A stretch of 36,966 nucleotides of DNA from Candidatus Kaiserbacteria bacterium RIFOXYB1_FULL_46_14 (GCA_001783525.1 MFMS01000002.1:74508-111473), one strand, 5' to 3'; counted from the first letter of the stretch, positions 22,943 to 34,129 are shown. Made by a program: numbers and translations. Notes: generated by a model not told the origin, from the sequence alone.

Positions 22943-25900
22943 TTAGTCTTGAGCGATGGTCTTGATCATGTCGTACTTCTTCGAGCCCTTGAAGCCGGTT
23001 CCGGCTGGGATCAAGCGGCCGATGATAACGTTTTCCATGAGTCCTGCTAGATTGTCCCGATTTCCCTTCACAGCTGCGTTGATGAGAACGCGAGTAGTGT
23101 TCTGGAAGGAAGCGGCAGAGAGGAAGCTCTTACGAGAAAGTGAAGTCTCGGTGATACCAAGGATAAGCTTTTCTGACTTGGCTTGTTCCAAGCCCTCGTC
23201 CTTCATTTTCTGGTTGATATCAACGAAGATCCATTCTTCGATCACATCACCGATAGTGAAGTGTGTGCCACCAGCGTCGGTGATCTTAACGCGACTCATC
23301 ATTTGCTTCACGATGAGCTCGATGTGCTTGCGCGCGATCGTCACACCTTGTAGTTCGTAGATCTTGTTGATCTCAGAAATGATGTAGTCCTGAGTCTGTT
23401 CGCGAGTGCCGTACTTAAAGATGTCTGGCAAGTGAGCCGAACCATCAGTAAGAAGTTGTCCGGATTTGATGTTGTCTCCAACAGAAACGGTCACAACACG
23501 TCGGTAACTTACTTCGTACTCCAAGTTGTCGGAAGTTTTCTTGGCATACTTCGCGCCCTTCTCTGGAGCGACCACGATCACCTTTTCGCGGCCTTCGCGA
23601 CGAATTTCAGTAACGATACCAGCGGTCTTTGAAACCACTGCAGGAATCTTAGGCTGACGCTTTTCGAATACTTCTTCTACACGAGGGAGACCTTGGGTCA
23701 CGTCACCTCCTACTGAGGCGGCACCACCGGCGTGCTTAGTGTTCATTGTAAGCTGAGTACCTGGCTCACCGATCGCTTGAGCTGCAACAGTACCAACAGT
23801 CTCGCCAATATCCACGAGTGCATTGGTAGTGAGGTCATGTCCGTAACAGGTCTGACAAACTCCGCGCAATGTGGCGCAGGTCATCGGAGAGCGTACAACA
23901 ACAGATGAGCAAGTAGAGTCCTCGAGCGCGATTGCATCGCGACGAGAAAGCAAGTGTCCCTTTTTGAATATAACGTTGCCCTGGTTATCTGCAGCATCAG
24001 CGGCTAGCACACGTCCCTTGATGGCCTTTGAGAAAGCAATTTCGATGCCGGAAGCAGAGATACGACCGATAGTGGTACCAGCCTTGGTTTTACAATCACT
24101 TTCGGTAATGATTGCATCCTGTGCCACTACGAAGAGACGACGAGTTAGGTAACCAGCTTTGGCGGTCTGAAGTGCGGTGTCGGCGAGACCCTTTCGAGAA
24201 CCGTGAGTAGTAATGAAGTACTCGATCGGTGTCATACCCTCCTTCATTGAAGAAAGTACTGGGAACTCGAGAGTTTCACCTCTAGTGTTGACGATAAGAC
24301 CTTTCATACCAGCCATCTGACCGATTTGTCCTAGAGAACCTCGAGCACCTGACTTCCACATTTCGAAGGCTGAACCGTTTGGGTCTAGAGTTTCTGGCAA
24401 AAGACTTTCGATCTCACTCTTGGCGCGGTGCCAGATCTCAACGATCATTCGACGGCGTTCGTCGCGAGAAATAAGTCCTTCGCCGAAGTGCTTAAACACA
24501 TCTTGTTCGCTAGCGCGAGCCTTTTCGATAATTGCTGGCTTGCCTTTTGGCACAACCACTTCATCGATACCCCAAGTTGTACCCGACTGAGTAGCGTACT
24601 TGAAACCAAATTTCTTCAGTCTATCGACAATCGGTGGTACGGCGTCGGTGCCTCGGTCATCAATAATATCGATAATGATATTAAAGAGGGTCTTTTGTAC
24701 GATCACATCATTGATGAACGGATAATCGCTTGGCAAAACGCTGTTGAACAATAGACGGCCAACAGATGTCTCAAAGAGCCCACCACCATACTGCTGGTAC
24801 TTTTCTGTATCGGTGGCCAACACTTTGATCTTGGCGCGGAAACTAATCAAGCCGTAGTCATAAGCGTTGATGGCGTCGTTTGGTGAAGCAAAGAATTTGT
24901 CCTCACCCTTGTCACCTTCGATGATCTTGGTCATCCAGTATGCACCGAGTGCCATATCAAGAAGCTTTTCAGACACAACTGGCTCTGAAGAACCTGGCTT
25001 CAAGATGTTCTTGTTGGCTGAGATGATCTCGCGCGCTTCCATCTGTGCTTCTTCAGAAAGCGGCACGTGTACTGCCATCTGGTCACCGTCGAAGTCAGCG
25101 TTGAAGGCGCGACAAACGAGTGGGTGCACTTGGATAGCGTTACCCTCGATAAGTACTGGACGGAAAGCCTGGATACCTTGACGGTGCAGTGTTGGAGCAC
25201 GGTTTAGGAGAACGTGCTTGTCACGAATGATGCCTTCAAGAATTGCCCATACTTCAGGTACGCCATCTTCAATAAGACGACCAGCACCGCGGATGTTGTA
25301 GGCGAGCTCTTGCTTCAAAAGCTCTGAGATAACAAATGGTCGGAAAAGTTCCAGAGCCATGTGCTTAGGAAGACCACACTGGTCAAGATCAAGATCCGGA
25401 CCGATAACGATCACCGAACGGCCAGAGTAGTCAACACGCTTACCAAGAAGGTTTTGACGGAAATAACCCTGCTTTGACTTAAGGTAATCAGAAAGAGATT
25501 TGAGCGGACGACGCTGTGCCTGGCTCATCATTGAGTAGGCGCTGTTACCGTGACGGATAGAGTTGTCGATCAAGGCGTCAACGGCTTCTTGCAAGATACG
25601 CTTTTCGTTACGCAAGATCACATCTGGCGCCATGATGTCGATCAACTTCTTCAAACGGTTGTTACGGTTGATGACACGACGGTATAGGTCGTTGAGATCG
25701 GAAGAAGCGTGACGACCGCCTTCGAGTGCCACCATCGGACGAAGTGCTGGTGGGATAACAGGCAGACGAGTAAGGAACATCCATTCTGGACGAACGCCAG
25801 AGTTCAACATTCCGCGTACGAGACCAAGACGCTTATCAAGCTTGGCGCGCTCGAGCGCACCGGCTTTTTCACGTTCTTCTTCAAGACGCTTCTGCAGTTC

Positions 25901-26629
25901 TTTGAGGTCAATGTGTTTAAACAGTTCAAATACGCTCTCGGCACCGATCTTGGCTTCGAAAAGTGTGCCGTATTTGATCGAGAATTTGTGGTAGTTGTTC
26001 TCATCAAGAACAGTACCTTGTTTGATGGAGTTGATCTCCTTCTTCACTCCTTCCATTCGCTCTTTTAGTTCAGCGACAGCCGCTTCGTTTTGAAGCTCTT
26101 TAGACTTTGCTTTAAATTCTTGTGAAAGTTCAGCTAGGACACGTGATCGCTCACTCTCAGAAACCTTAGTGACGATATATCCAGCAAAGTAGATAACCTT
26201 TTCAATATCAGTAGCAGAAATACCAAGGATGAGTGCAATACGAGAAGGTACACCACGCAAGAACCAAATGTGTGAGACGGGGACACAAAGGTCGATATGA
26301 CCCATTCGTTCACGACGAACGATGGCGCGAGTTACTTCAACTCCACACTTTTCACAGACGATGCCCTTGTAGCGAATACCGCGGTACTTCTTACAAGAAC
26401 ATTCATAGTCCTCAACTGGACCAAAGATACGTTCATCGAATAGACCGTGTTTTTCTGGTCTTTGGGTACGGTAGTTGATCGTCTCCGGCTTGGTCACTTC
26501 ACCGTGCGACCACTCGAGAATATCCTCTGGACTAGCCAGACGAAGTGCAACCTCAGTGAAAGGTTGTGGTGCACGCGATTTGCGTGGTCCGAATCCTTTC
26601 TCGCGTGGAGCTGTATTTGAGTTTTCCAT
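22943..26629 (-). CDS. rpoC: DNA-directed RNA polymerase subunit beta'
   Basis: 1228 aa. It has the zinc-binding [23 protein letters not shown], the catalytic [12 protein letters not shown], and conserved trigger-loop and bridge-helix regions. Confidence 0.98.
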   Translation of the reverse strand: MENSNTAPREKGFGPRKSRAPQPFTEVALRLASPEDILEWSHGEVTKPETINYRTQRPEKHGLFDERIFGPVEDYECSCKKYRGIRYKGIVCEKCGVEVTRAIVRRERMGHIDLCVPVSHIWFLRGVPSRIALILGISATDIEKVIYFAGYIVTKVSESERSRVLAELSQEFKAKSKELQNEAAVAELKERMEGVKKEINSIKQGTVLDENNYHKFSIKYGTLFEAKIGAESVFELFKHIDLKELQKRLEEEREKAGALERAKLDKRLGLVRGMLNSGVRPEWMFLTRLPVIPPALRPMVALEGGRHASSDLNDLYRRVINRNNRLKKLIDIMAPDVILRNEKRILQEAVDALIDNSIRHGNSAYSMMSQAQRRPLKSLSDYLKSKQGYFRQNLLGKRVDYSGRSVIVIGPDLDLDQCGLPKHMALELFRPFVISELLKQELAYNIRGAGRLIEDGVPEVWAILEGIIRDKHVLLNRAPTLHRQGIQAFRPVLIEGNAIQVHPLVCRAFNADFDGDQMAVHVPLSEEAQMEAREIISANKNILKPGSSEPVVSEKLLDMALGAYWMTKIIEGDKGEDKFFASPNDAINAYDYGLISFRAKIKVLATDTEKYQQYGGGLFETSVGRLLFNSVLPSDYPFINDVIVQKTLFNIIIDIIDDRGTDAVPPIVDRLKKFGFKYATQSGTTWGIDEVVVPKGKPAIIEKARASEQDVFKHFGEGLISRDERRRMIVEIWHRAKSEIESLLPETLDPNGSAFEMWKSGARGSLGQIGQMAGMKGLIVNTRGETLEFPVLSSMKEGMTPIEYFITTHGSRKGLADTALQTAKAGYLTRRLFVVAQDAIITESDCKTKAGTTIGRISASGIEIAFSKAIKGRVLAADAADNQGNVIFKKGHLLSRRDAIALEDSTCSSVVVRSPMTCATLRGVCQTCYGHDLTTNALVDIGETVGTVAAQAIGEPGTQLTMNTKHAGGAASVGGDVTQGLPRVEEVFEKRQPKIPAVVSKTAGIVTEIRREGREKVIVVAPEKGAKYAKKTSDNLEYEVSYRRVVTVSVGDNIKSGQLLTDGSAHLPDIFKYGTREQTQDYIISEINKIYELQGVTIARKHIELIVKQMMSRVKITDAGGTHFTIGDVIEEWIFVDINQKMKDEGLEQAKSEKLILGITETSLSRKSFLSAASFQNTTRVLINAAVKGNRDNLAGLMENVIIGRLIPAGTGFKGSKKYDMIKTIAQD

Positions 26630-26654
26630 ATGTTATTTAATGGTGAAGTGACTA

Positions 26655-29600
26655 TTAATTCTTCTCTTCTTCCTTGCCTCGAGTAAGGTCCACATTGAGT
26701 GAAAGACCACGCAACTGATTTACTAGCACGTTGAAGGCTGCCGGAGTATGTGGGTGTGAGATGCGTTCGCCGCGCACGATCGCATCGAAAGCGGCCGAAC
26801 GACCGACGATGTCGTCAGATTTAATGGTAAGCATTTCACGAAGTGTGTAGGCGGCACCATAACCAAGGAGCGCCCATACTTCCATCTCTCCGAAACGTTG
26901 ACCCCCGATCTGAGCCTTACCGCCGAGTGGCTGTTGAGTAATAAGTGAGTACGGACCAATTGATCGCATGTGGATCTTGTCCTCCACCATGTGGTGAAGT
27001 TTCAAGATGTACATATAACCAACGGCTGTCTTCTTGGCGAACTCTTCGCCAGTGCGGCCGTCGCGAAGCTGAATCTTACCGTCTTCTGGTAGTCCGGCGG
27101 CACGAAGCTCGGCCTTTACATCATCTTCAGTTGCACCAGAGAAAGGTGGAACAATGGCCTGGTAGCCGAGTGTGTTGGCGGCCATACCAAGGTGGAGCTC
27201 GAGAATCTGACCGAGGTTCATACGAGAAGGAACGCCGAGTGGAGTTAGAAGAACATCAATCGGACGACCGTCTTCGGTGTATGGCATATCCTCTTCTGGC
27301 AAGATACGTGAAATAACACCCTTGTTACCGTGACGGCCAGCGAGCTTGTCACCGACTGAAACGTTTCGTACCTGCGCTACTGTTACGTGAATACGCTTAA
27401 TCACGCCGCTCTCAAGCTGATCTCCAGCTTCGCGTGAGAAAACTTTGACGCCGATAACACGACCTCGCTTGCCTGCTTCAAGACGCAAACTAGTGTCCTT
27501 CACATCCTTGGCTTTTTCACCGAAGATAGACCGGAGGAGGCGCTCTTCAGGAGAGAGTTGAGTCTCGCCTTTCGGAGTCACTTTACCAATCAGGATGTCT
27601 CCTGGACGTATTTCAGCTCCGATGCGGATGATGCCGTTTTCATCGAGGTTGCGAAGTTTCAATTCAGAAACGTTCGGGATGTCTGGAGTGGTTACTTCTG
27701 GACCAAGTTTGGTGTCACGAACTGCGGCGTCGAATTCTTCAACGTGAATAGTTGAGAATTTACTGTCCTTAACAAGACGCTCAGAGATAACAATAGCGTC
27801 TTCGTAGTTGGCACCAGACCAGCTCATAAAGGCAACGAGTGCGTTTTGCCCTACTGCAATTTGACCATTATCGGTCGATGAAGTATCAGCCAAGAGAGCA
27901 CCACGCTTCACCTTGTCTCCAAGCGAAACCATCGGACGGTGATTGAAGGCAGAGAAATCATTGGTGCGTTCTAGTGTAGTAAGGCGGTACTCTTTCTTTT
28001 TACCATCCTTGTTCTTGATTGCAACGTGCTTAGAGTCAACGGCTACCACTTCGCCAGCTTCTTCGGCGAGAATAACGCGAGCGGTATCAGCGGCAACCAT
28101 CTTTTCGATACCGGTAGAAACTAGTGGCGCTTCAGGAATGAGACAAGGAGTTGCCTGCTTCTGCATGTTCGAACCCATCAGAGTACGGTTGGCGTCGTCG
28201 TGGTTGAGGAAAGGAATCATCGAAGTCGCTACCGAGAAAGCTTGGTTGGTCGCTACGTCCATATAATCAACATCCATGCGGGCGATAGCACGAGGCTCAC
28301 CACCTTTACGAGCTTCAAGGATGTCGTTCTTGATACGACCTTTTTCGTCAACCTCAATCGCGGCGTGCGCAATGTTGAAGTGTTCTTCTTCGTGGGCGTT
28401 TAGGTACACGATTTCTCCAGTCACTATTCCCTTCTCAACTTTAGCGTATGGAGTCTCGATGATGCCGAAACGGTTGACACGAGCGTACATCGCAAGACGA
28501 AGAATAAGACCGATGTTTGGTCCTTCTGGAGTGTGGATTGGACAAAGGCGACCGTAGTGGGAGGTGTGCACGTCGCGTACTTCGAAGCCGGCACGCTCAC
28601 GGGTAAGACCACCCGGACCGAGTGCGGAAAGAGTACGGAGACCTTCAAGCTCCGCCAAGATATTCTGCTGTGGCATAAACTGCGACAGCTGGTTGGTGGT
28701 GAAGAATTCTTTGATGGCCGCTTGTAGAGGACGAGGGTTGATGATCTGCATCGGAAGCGAAGTCTCAGCTTCAATGGTGGACATACGATCCTGAATGTTG
28801 CGCTTCATTCGGGTCATACCAACACGCACACGCTGTACTGCCATTTCACCAAAGTAGCGAACACGACGGAAACCTAGGTGGTCGATGTCATCAGGAAGAG
28901 CACCAGGGGTGTGGTTTTGGTGAATGATGTGGGAAATGATTGTACGAACGTCTTCTATTGAAACGGTACGGGTGTCGGTAGCCTTTTTGTCGGTTGGTCG
29001 GCCAAAACGTTCATTGAAGTGATGACGACCGATCTCAGAAAGGTCATAGCGCTCTGGCGCAAAGATAGAGTCGATGAACTCGCGAGCGTTCTCGACAGTC
29101 GCCAAGTCACCGTCACGAAGACGCTTATAGATCTCAATATATGAGTCATCAGCAGTCTTAGCAGTGTCCTTAGCGAGGGTTGCCTTGATGTACTCTTCGC
29201 CACGCTCGACATCTTTGAAGAGCTTGATCATCTCTTCTTCTTTGGTCACGCCAAGGACGCGCAAGAGTGATGTGATTGGGAATTTCTTCTTGCGGTCGAT
29301 TTTTACATAAATACAGCCGTCAGCCTCGGACTCGATCTCCACCCAAGCACCACGGGCTGGAATGATCTTGGCACCGAAGTAAGTACGGCCTTTCTGCTCA
29401 CCAGAGGTGAAGAAGATACCGTATGAACGAGCAAGCTGAGGCACGATCACACGCTCAACACCGTTGATGATGAAGGTACCGTGTTCGGTCATTACTGGGA
29501 TGTCAGCAAGGAATATTTCCTGCTCCTTCTCACTTTCGAAGGTTTTGTTCTTGAGTACGATAGTAGCGCGCAGTGGGGCGTCGTAAGTCTGCTTGTTTTC

Positions 29601-29873
29601 CTTAGCAAGCTCAGGAGTAGTCTTTGGTTCACCAACAGCGTAGCCTTTGAAGACAAGTTCAAATTTTTTCTCGGAGTAGTCAGTAATCGGTGAAAATTCC
29701 TTAAGAACATCCTTGAGTCCAGTGCCAACAAACCATTTATATGACTCGAGTTGCGGCTCGATAAGGTTTGGTACCGGAACAAGAGGTCCTCGGAACTTAG
29801 AGAACACCTTTGCTGGCAGGCTGCCAACTGACTGGCGGCTGTGGATGACGCTGTTTAGCTGCTTGTCTAACAT
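26655..29873 (-). CDS. rpoB: DNA-directed RNA polymerase subunit beta
   Basis: It has the Rif-cluster region FFTTNQLSQFMPQQNILAELEGLRTLSALGPGGL and the C-terminal GGQRFGEMEVWAL. The ATG at 29873 is preferred; the track start at 29894 is a GTG. Confidence 0.98.
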   Translation of the reverse strand: MLDKQLNSVIHSRQSVGSLPAKVFSKFRGPLVPVPNLIEPQLESYKWFVGTGLKDVLKEFSPITDYSEKKFELVFKGYAVGEPKTTPELAKENKQTYDAPLRATIVLKNKTFESEKEQEIFLADIPVMTEHGTFIINGVERVIVPQLARSYGIFFTSGEQKGRTYFGAKIIPARGAWVEIESEADGCIYVKIDRKKKFPITSLLRVLGVTKEEEMIKLFKDVERGEEYIKATLAKDTAKTADDSYIEIYKRLRDGDLATVENAREFIDSIFAPERYDLSEIGRHHFNERFGRPTDKKATDTRTVSIEDVRTIISHIIHQNHTPGALPDDIDHLGFRRVRYFGEMAVQRVRVGMTRMKRNIQDRMSTIEAETSLPMQIINPRPLQAAIKEFFTTNQLSQFMPQQNILAELEGLRTLSALGPGGLTRERAGFEVRDVHTSHYGRLCPIHTPEGPNIGLILRLAMYARVNRFGIIETPYAKVEKGIVTGEIVYLNAHEEEHFNIAHAAIEVDEKGRIKNDILEARKGGEPRAIARMDVDYMDVATNQAFSVATSMIPFLNHDDANRTLMGSNMQKQATPCLIPEAPLVSTGIEKMVAADTARVILAEEAGEVVAVDSKHVAIKNKDGKKKEYRLTTLERTNDFSAFNHRPMVSLGDKVKRGALLADTSSTDNGQIAVGQNALVAFMSWSGANYEDAIVISERLVKDSKFSTIHVEEFDAAVRDTKLGPEVTTPDIPNVSELKLRNLDENGIIRIGAEIRPGDILIGKVTPKGETQLSPEERLLRSIFGEKAKDVKDTSLRLEAGKRGRVIGVKVFSREAGDQLESGVIKRIHVTVAQVRNVSVGDKLAGRHGNKGVISRILPEEDMPYTEDGRPIDVLLTPLGVPSRMNLGQILELHLGMAANTLGYQAIVPPFSGATEDDVKAELRAAGLPEDGKIQLRDGRTGEEFAKKTAVGYMYILKLHHMVEDKIHMRSIGPYSLITQQPLGGKAQIGGQRFGEMEVWALLGYGAAYTLREMLTIKSDDIVGRSAAFDAIVRGERISHPHTPAAFNVLVNQLRGLSLNVDLTRGKEEEKN

Positions 29874-29899
29874 ATTTATAAGGTTTAGTAACACGCAAA

Positions 29900-29926
29900 A
29901 GCCGACGCTTACGCGTCGTGTCGGCT
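29900..29926 (-). promoter_or_regulatory. Terminator/attenuator-like hairpin in the rpoB leader
   Basis: On the minus strand: AGCCGAC...GTCGGCT, or alternatively CGACGC GTAA GCGTCG, followed by TTTTG. It lies about 25 nt upstream of the rpoB ATG. Confidence 0.4.
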
Positions 29927-30105
29927 AATATTTGCGGTTACACTTTTAAAATTTGCATTACTGCAAGGCCTTTATTCCCCACCAACTCGATGATTGACAA
30001 CCGCAACACAATCACCACCAAATTGCAAGTCCTGTAAACCTACCAGAAAATCGACAAAAGTGCAACCCCTGGTTGTGGGTAATTTGCGGATCTTGTGGTC
30101 TAAAA

Positions 30106-30774
30106 CTACCCTCCGGTGCGATATTCGTCGATTTTCTTCTGATCCCCCTTTAAAAGCACCTCTGGAACGGAATGCTTCTTACTCTTCCAGACTAAGACAT
30201 CTGGTCTTGTATAGGAAACTCCACTGGTTGGTCGTTGGTCCTCTAATGATTCATAAGTACCGAGTACTCCAGGGATCTCGCGGGCAACAGCGTCAATGAT
30301 GGTCAGTGCCGGCAATTCTCCGCCAGTTAGGACGTAATCGCCCACCGATACTTCTTCCGCCTTGAGGATTGTCTTTACTCGGTCGTCGATACCTTCATAG
30401 CGTCCTGAAATCAAGACAATATGTTCAAAGTCCTTGGCTAGTTTCTTAGCTAGTATTTGGTCAAATTTTTTACCACGCGGCGACATTATCAGTGTCTTTA
30501 CCTTCCCTTTCTTGCGGCCAACCGCTTTTTCCCAAGCTTTCAGAATCGGTTCGGCTTTCATTACCATTCCTGGCCCGCCGCCGTACGGTCGCTCGTCCAC
30601 CTTGTGGTGTTTGTCAGTCGTGAAGTCACGAGGGTTGTAATAACTAACAAGAATTTTCTTGCCGCGTACTTTTGCACCCTTTCCCTTATCGGTTTTCTGC
30701 GCGCGCCCTAAAACACTGGCGTCAGTGTACACCTGACAGATTTCTGGAAATATAGTAATGACGTGAAAGTTCAT
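30106..30774 (-). CDS. trmD: tRNA (guanine37-N1)-methyltransferase
   Basis: MNFHVITIFPEI, LISGRYEGIDDRV and VSVGDYVLTGGELPALTIIDAVAREIPGVLG. Confidence 0.95.
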   Translation of the reverse strand: MNFHVITIFPEICQVYTDASVLGRAQKTDKGKGAKVRGKKILVSYYNPRDFTTDKHHKVDERPYGGGPGMVMKAEPILKAWEKAVGRKKGKVKTLIMSPRGKKFDQILAKKLAKDFEHIVLISGRYEGIDDRVKTILKAEEVSVGDYVLTGGELPALTIIDAVAREIPGVLGTYESLEDQRPTSGVSYTRPDVLVWKSKKHSVPEVLLKGDQKKIDEYRTGG

Positions 30775-30789
30775 ACTTGTGTTGATAAG

Positions 30790-30820
30790 AAACCGCGGCG
30801 GCCTTTGGCCACCGCGGTTT
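30790..30820 (-). other. Hairpin between the KH-domain gene and trmD
   Basis: aaaccgcgg-c-ggcc / ttt / ggcc-a-ccgcggttt, 13 bp with one mismatch. It lies only about 15 nt from the trmD ATG. Confidence 0.45.
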
Positions 30821-30827
30821 TGTGAGA

Positions 30828-31181
30828 TTAAATCTTCAAATCATCTATTGCCTGGTCGAGAGACTTTGGCTCGGCTGGCATAGAGTCATCAGCGCTTGGT
30901 GACATTGCAGCCTCCATATCGCGACTAACTCGGCCACCTTCTGGTTCGTTGATCTTTAGGTTTACTCGGGCATCGTGCTTCATTCCAACAACGCGGAGAA
31001 GAGTACGGATAGCCTTGGCAGTGTTGCCAGAGCGACCGATTATCTTGCCCATGTCCTCAGCGTGCACATCGAGTGTAAGCAACACGCCCATCTCGTCAAC
31101 AGTTCGGTTACTCTTTACTACTTCTGGGTGATCCACTAGGGCCTTTACTAGAGCCTCCAAAAATTGCTGATCTTCGTGCAT
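30828..31181 (-). CDS. KH-domain RNA-binding protein (YlqC/UPF0109 family) with a C-terminal extension
   Basis: LVKALVDHPEVVKSN...LLTLDVHAEDMGKIIGRSGNTAKAIRTLL, with a GxxG KH motif. Conserved position between rpsP and trmD. Confidence 0.85.
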   Translation of the reverse strand: MHEDQQFLEALVKALVDHPEVVKSNRTVDEMGVLLTLDVHAEDMGKIIGRSGNTAKAIRTLLRVVGMKHDARVNLKINEPEGGRVSRDMEAAMSPSADDSMPAEPKSLDQAIDDLKI

Positions 31182-31292
31182 ATAGTCGTAATTTAATTTC
31201 TGAAATCACTCTTGGCCTTTACCAAGTGTTTACTCAATGTTACCAGTCGTCAGTCTAAGTACAACACGTGCTTGTGGGTATGTAGAAATAGC

Positions 31293-31733
31293 TTAGGCAG
31301 CTTTTTCTTCCTCTGCGGGAGTTTCTTCGATGACTTCTGGTGCAACTTCTTCAGTAACTTCAACAGGAGTTTCGACAGCAGCTTCTGCGGCTGCTTTCTC
31401 TGCTGCTTCGGCCGCCGCCTTAGCTTCTGCTTCGGCCTTCAATTTTGCTTCGTTAATGACAGGAGTCTTTCTTGGAAGGACGTTGATTTTCTTGCCTTCG
31501 ATAATCTTGTTGCTTATGAGCAGGTTGTGAACAGTTGGAGATACTTGTACGCCCTTGCTGATCCATTCTTTAACACGTTCGCCATCAACAGAAAAAGCGC
31601 TCTGCTTGGCACTGTATGCTCCAAGCAAGTCGATGTGCTTGTTGCTCTTTGGGCTAGTGCGGGAGTCGGTAACAACCACTCGGTAAGAAGGGTCATTCTT
31701 GCGGCCAACTCGCTGTAATCGCATCTTTAACAT
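31293..31733 (-). CDS. rpsP: 30S ribosomal protein S16 with an Ala/Glu-rich C-terminal extension
   Basis: MLKMRLQRVGRKNDPSYRVVVTDSR...GERVKEWISKGVQVSPTVHNLL. Confidence 0.95.
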   Translation of the reverse strand: MLKMRLQRVGRKNDPSYRVVVTDSRTSPKSNKHIDLLGAYSAKQSAFSVDGERVKEWISKGVQVSPTVHNLLISNKIIEGKKINVLPRKTPVINEAKLKAEAEAKAAAEAAEKAAAEAAVETPVEVTEEVAPEVIEETPAEEEKAA

Positions 31734-31774
31734 AGTGTCGGAAAGGATAACAGGTTAGCGTTATTTGTCAACAT

Positions 31775-33733
31775 ATGTTACGTTACAGACCAAGTGGTAT
31801 GTCAAATACTTTCGAGGGTGTACTAATGGTACGCGGTAAAGGCACTGGTTTTATGCCTGTGCCGGGCGAAGCGGAGGATATTTTGATCTCTCCTGAAAAG
31901 TTAGAGTTTGGACTCGATGGCGACTTGGTCGAAATCGAGCTTTTGCCGAAGGTTGCCGGTAAGCGACGCGAAGGCAAGGTGGTACGGGTGATCGAAGCAT
32001 CACACAGTGAATTCATTGGTGTGATCAAAGAGCGTGTAGCTGGTGCTGTAAAGGAACTTTATCTCGAGCCAGACAACCGCCGTATTCATAAAGATATCGT
32101 ACTCAAAGAGGTCGGTGTTGAACTAATTGGTATGAAGGCCGTGGCGAAGATTACTCGTTGGAGTGATGCCACTCGTGATCCACTTGGTGTAGTGACCGAA
32201 GTACTTGGTCATGCTGGTGATCATGAGACAGAGATGCAGGCTATTATTCGCGGTGGCGGCTTCTCTGAAAGTTTTCCAGAACCAGTCGCTCGGGCAGCTA
32301 AAGAGATGTATGACCAGAAGTCGACGATTTTTGATGCAGCCAAGCAGGATTCTAAGCGTCGTGACATGCGCGGTATTACCACTTTTACGATCGACCCTAA
32401 AGATGCCAAGGACTTCGACGACGCCCTTTCAATACAAAAACTTTCTGATGGTAATTTTGAAATCGGTGTTCATATCGCGGACGTCTCGCACTATGTTAGA
32501 GAGGGAGAGGTGATTGATGATGAAGCGCAGAAACGCGGCACATCTATCTACTTGGTTGATCGTGTGATTCCAATGTTGCCGGAGGTCCTTTCTAATGACC
32601 TATGTTCCCTTCGCCCAGAAGAGGAGCGTTTGGCTTTCTCAGCGATTTTTACCATCACTCCATCAGCCGAGGTTGTTGGTGAATGGTATGGCCAAACAAT
32701 CATTCGTTCTGACCGACGTTTTTCTTATGAGGAGGCACAGGAGGTTCTCGATCAAGGCCAAGGTGATTACCATAGCGAGCTCACCGATATGATGACTCTC
32801 GCGCGCATCATCAGAAAGAATCGCTTTGCTGAAGGAGCGATTGCCTTCGAACAGCCAGAGGTCAAATTTGAATTGGACGAAAAAGGTAAACCAATTCGCG
32901 CTTACACCAAGGTTCGCACTGAAACAATGTTGATGATTGAGGACTTTATGTTGCTCGCCAACCAGAGTGTCGCAACTTATATCTACAAACTTTCAAAAGA
33001 AAATAATCGTGACGCGGCTTTTGTATATCGTATTCACGATGTTCCGAATCCAGAAAAGATTGAAGATTTGGCCACTTTCATTCGTGCGCTTGGTTACGAA
33101 CTCCGTACCGAAAAAGGCATCGTCAATGCCCGCGATATCAATAAGTTACTAAAGGAGGTTGAAGGTAAGCCAGAGGAAACTCTTATTAAGACTGCCACTA
33201 TTCGCTCCATGGCCAAGGCCGTTTATTCCACCAAGAACATTGGCCACTTTGGCTTGGCTTTTAAGTACTACACCCACTTCACTTCCCCGATTCGTCGCTA
33301 CCCTGACCTGATGGCACATCGTCTGCTTCGTCGTCACCTCGATGGTTCCGAGATCAAGGGTTCAGAGTTGGCTAAGTTTGAAAAACTTTCCGTACAGTCT
33401 TCGGAACGTGAAATAGATGCTGTGCGTGCCGAGCGAGATTCGATCAAGTTCAAGCAGGTTGAATTCATGGCCCCACATATTGGCGAAGAATTTGACGGCA
33501 CTATTACCGGCGTAACCGACTGGGGTATTTACGTCGAGGAGAAAGGATCAAGATCAGAGGGTATGGTGCGACTATCCTCCATTCGTGGCGACTACTTTGA
33601 GCACTTAGCCACCGCTTATGCGATTAAAGGTCAACGAACTGGCAAGGTTTATCGCTTGGGAGACGCTGTACGCTTCAAGGTCATGAATGCCAACTTGGAG
33701 GAGAAACAGTTGGATTACGAGCTCGTAGTCTAG
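31775..33733 (+). CDS. rnr: Ribonuclease R (RNase II/RNB family)
   Basis: RNB motifs FTIDPKDAKDFDDALS, IADVSHYV, YLVDRVIPMLPE and HFGLAFKYYTHFTSPIRRYPDL. There is a C-terminal S1 domain, GEEFDGTITGVTDWGIYVE. An alternative ATG lies at 31799. Confidence 0.9.
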   Translation: MLRYRPSGMSNTFEGVLMVRGKGTGFMPVPGEAEDILISPEKLEFGLDGDLVEIELLPKVAGKRREGKVVRVIEASHSEFIGVIKERVAGAVKELYLEPDNRRIHKDIVLKEVGVELIGMKAVAKITRWSDATRDPLGVVTEVLGHAGDHETEMQAIIRGGGFSESFPEPVARAAKEMYDQKSTIFDAAKQDSKRRDMRGITTFTIDPKDAKDFDDALSIQKLSDGNFEIGVHIADVSHYVREGEVIDDEAQKRGTSIYLVDRVIPMLPEVLSNDLCSLRPEEERLAFSAIFTITPSAEVVGEWYGQTIIRSDRRFSYEEAQEVLDQGQGDYHSELTDMMTLARIIRKNRFAEGAIAFEQPEVKFELDEKGKPIRAYTKVRTETMLMIEDFMLLANQSVATYIYKLSKENNRDAAFVYRIHDVPNPEKIEDLATFIRALGYELRTEKGIVNARDINKLLKEVEGKPEETLIKTATIRSMAKAVYSTKNIGHFGLAFKYYTHFTSPIRRYPDLMAHRLLRRHLDGSEIKGSELAKFEKLSVQSSEREIDAVRAERDSIKFKQVEFMAPHIGEEFDGTITGVTDWGIYVEEKGSRSEGMVRLSSIRGDYFEHLATAYAIKGQRTGKVYRLGDAVRFKVMNANLEEKQLDYELVV

Positions 33734-33901
33734 GGACGCACAAAAACCCGCTATTTTAGAAACACGCGTAAACTTTGCTGAGGCAAAGTTTCGCTATGCT
33801 CGCACTCTGGTGCTGTGCAGTGTTTTAAAATAAGGTTTTTTCAGCTCCGTGACCGATCCAACAATTTTTAGTATAGTGGACTTAGAAAGGAGGTGGTGTA
33901 A

Positions 33902-34129
33902 ATGACCACTGTAAATGTACATTTACATGCGGATACGCAAGGAGAGGTTGAGCATTGCTCTGCTTTCCTTGTGAATACCGTCAAAGCCAAAGATCTTTCG
34001 GTGCATGATTTTAGGCGCAATGGGCACTGGTTCACTCTAGAAACCGATTTATCGGTCGAAGAGCTTGGGCTAGAACTCAAAGCCGCCGGCTTTAACGCCG
34101 AGGTTTTTGGAACAGAAGAATATGCATAA
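33902..34129 (+). CDS. Hypothetical 75 aa protein
   Basis: AAGGAGGTGG lies 5 nt upstream of the ATG, and TATAGT lies about 25 nt further upstream. A terminator sits at 34159. I recognise no family. Confidence 0.55.
   Translation: MTTVNVHLHADTQGEVEHCSAFLVNTVKAKDLSVHDFRRNGHWFTLETDLSVEELGLELKAAGFNAEVFGTEEYA

Noticed and set aside
22956-29928. Dozens of 60-134 aa ORFs in the track lying antisense or out of frame within rpoC and rpoB
   Set aside because: They are fully nested in two highly conserved, unambiguous genes. They have no start-site signals, and their compositions are those expected from reading the opposite strand of coding DNA.
31212-31718. 168 aa Phe/Cys-rich ORF antisense to rpsP
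   Set aside because: It lies opposite a clearly conserved ribosomal protein gene, and its composition is an artefact of the Ala/Glu-rich codons on the other strand.
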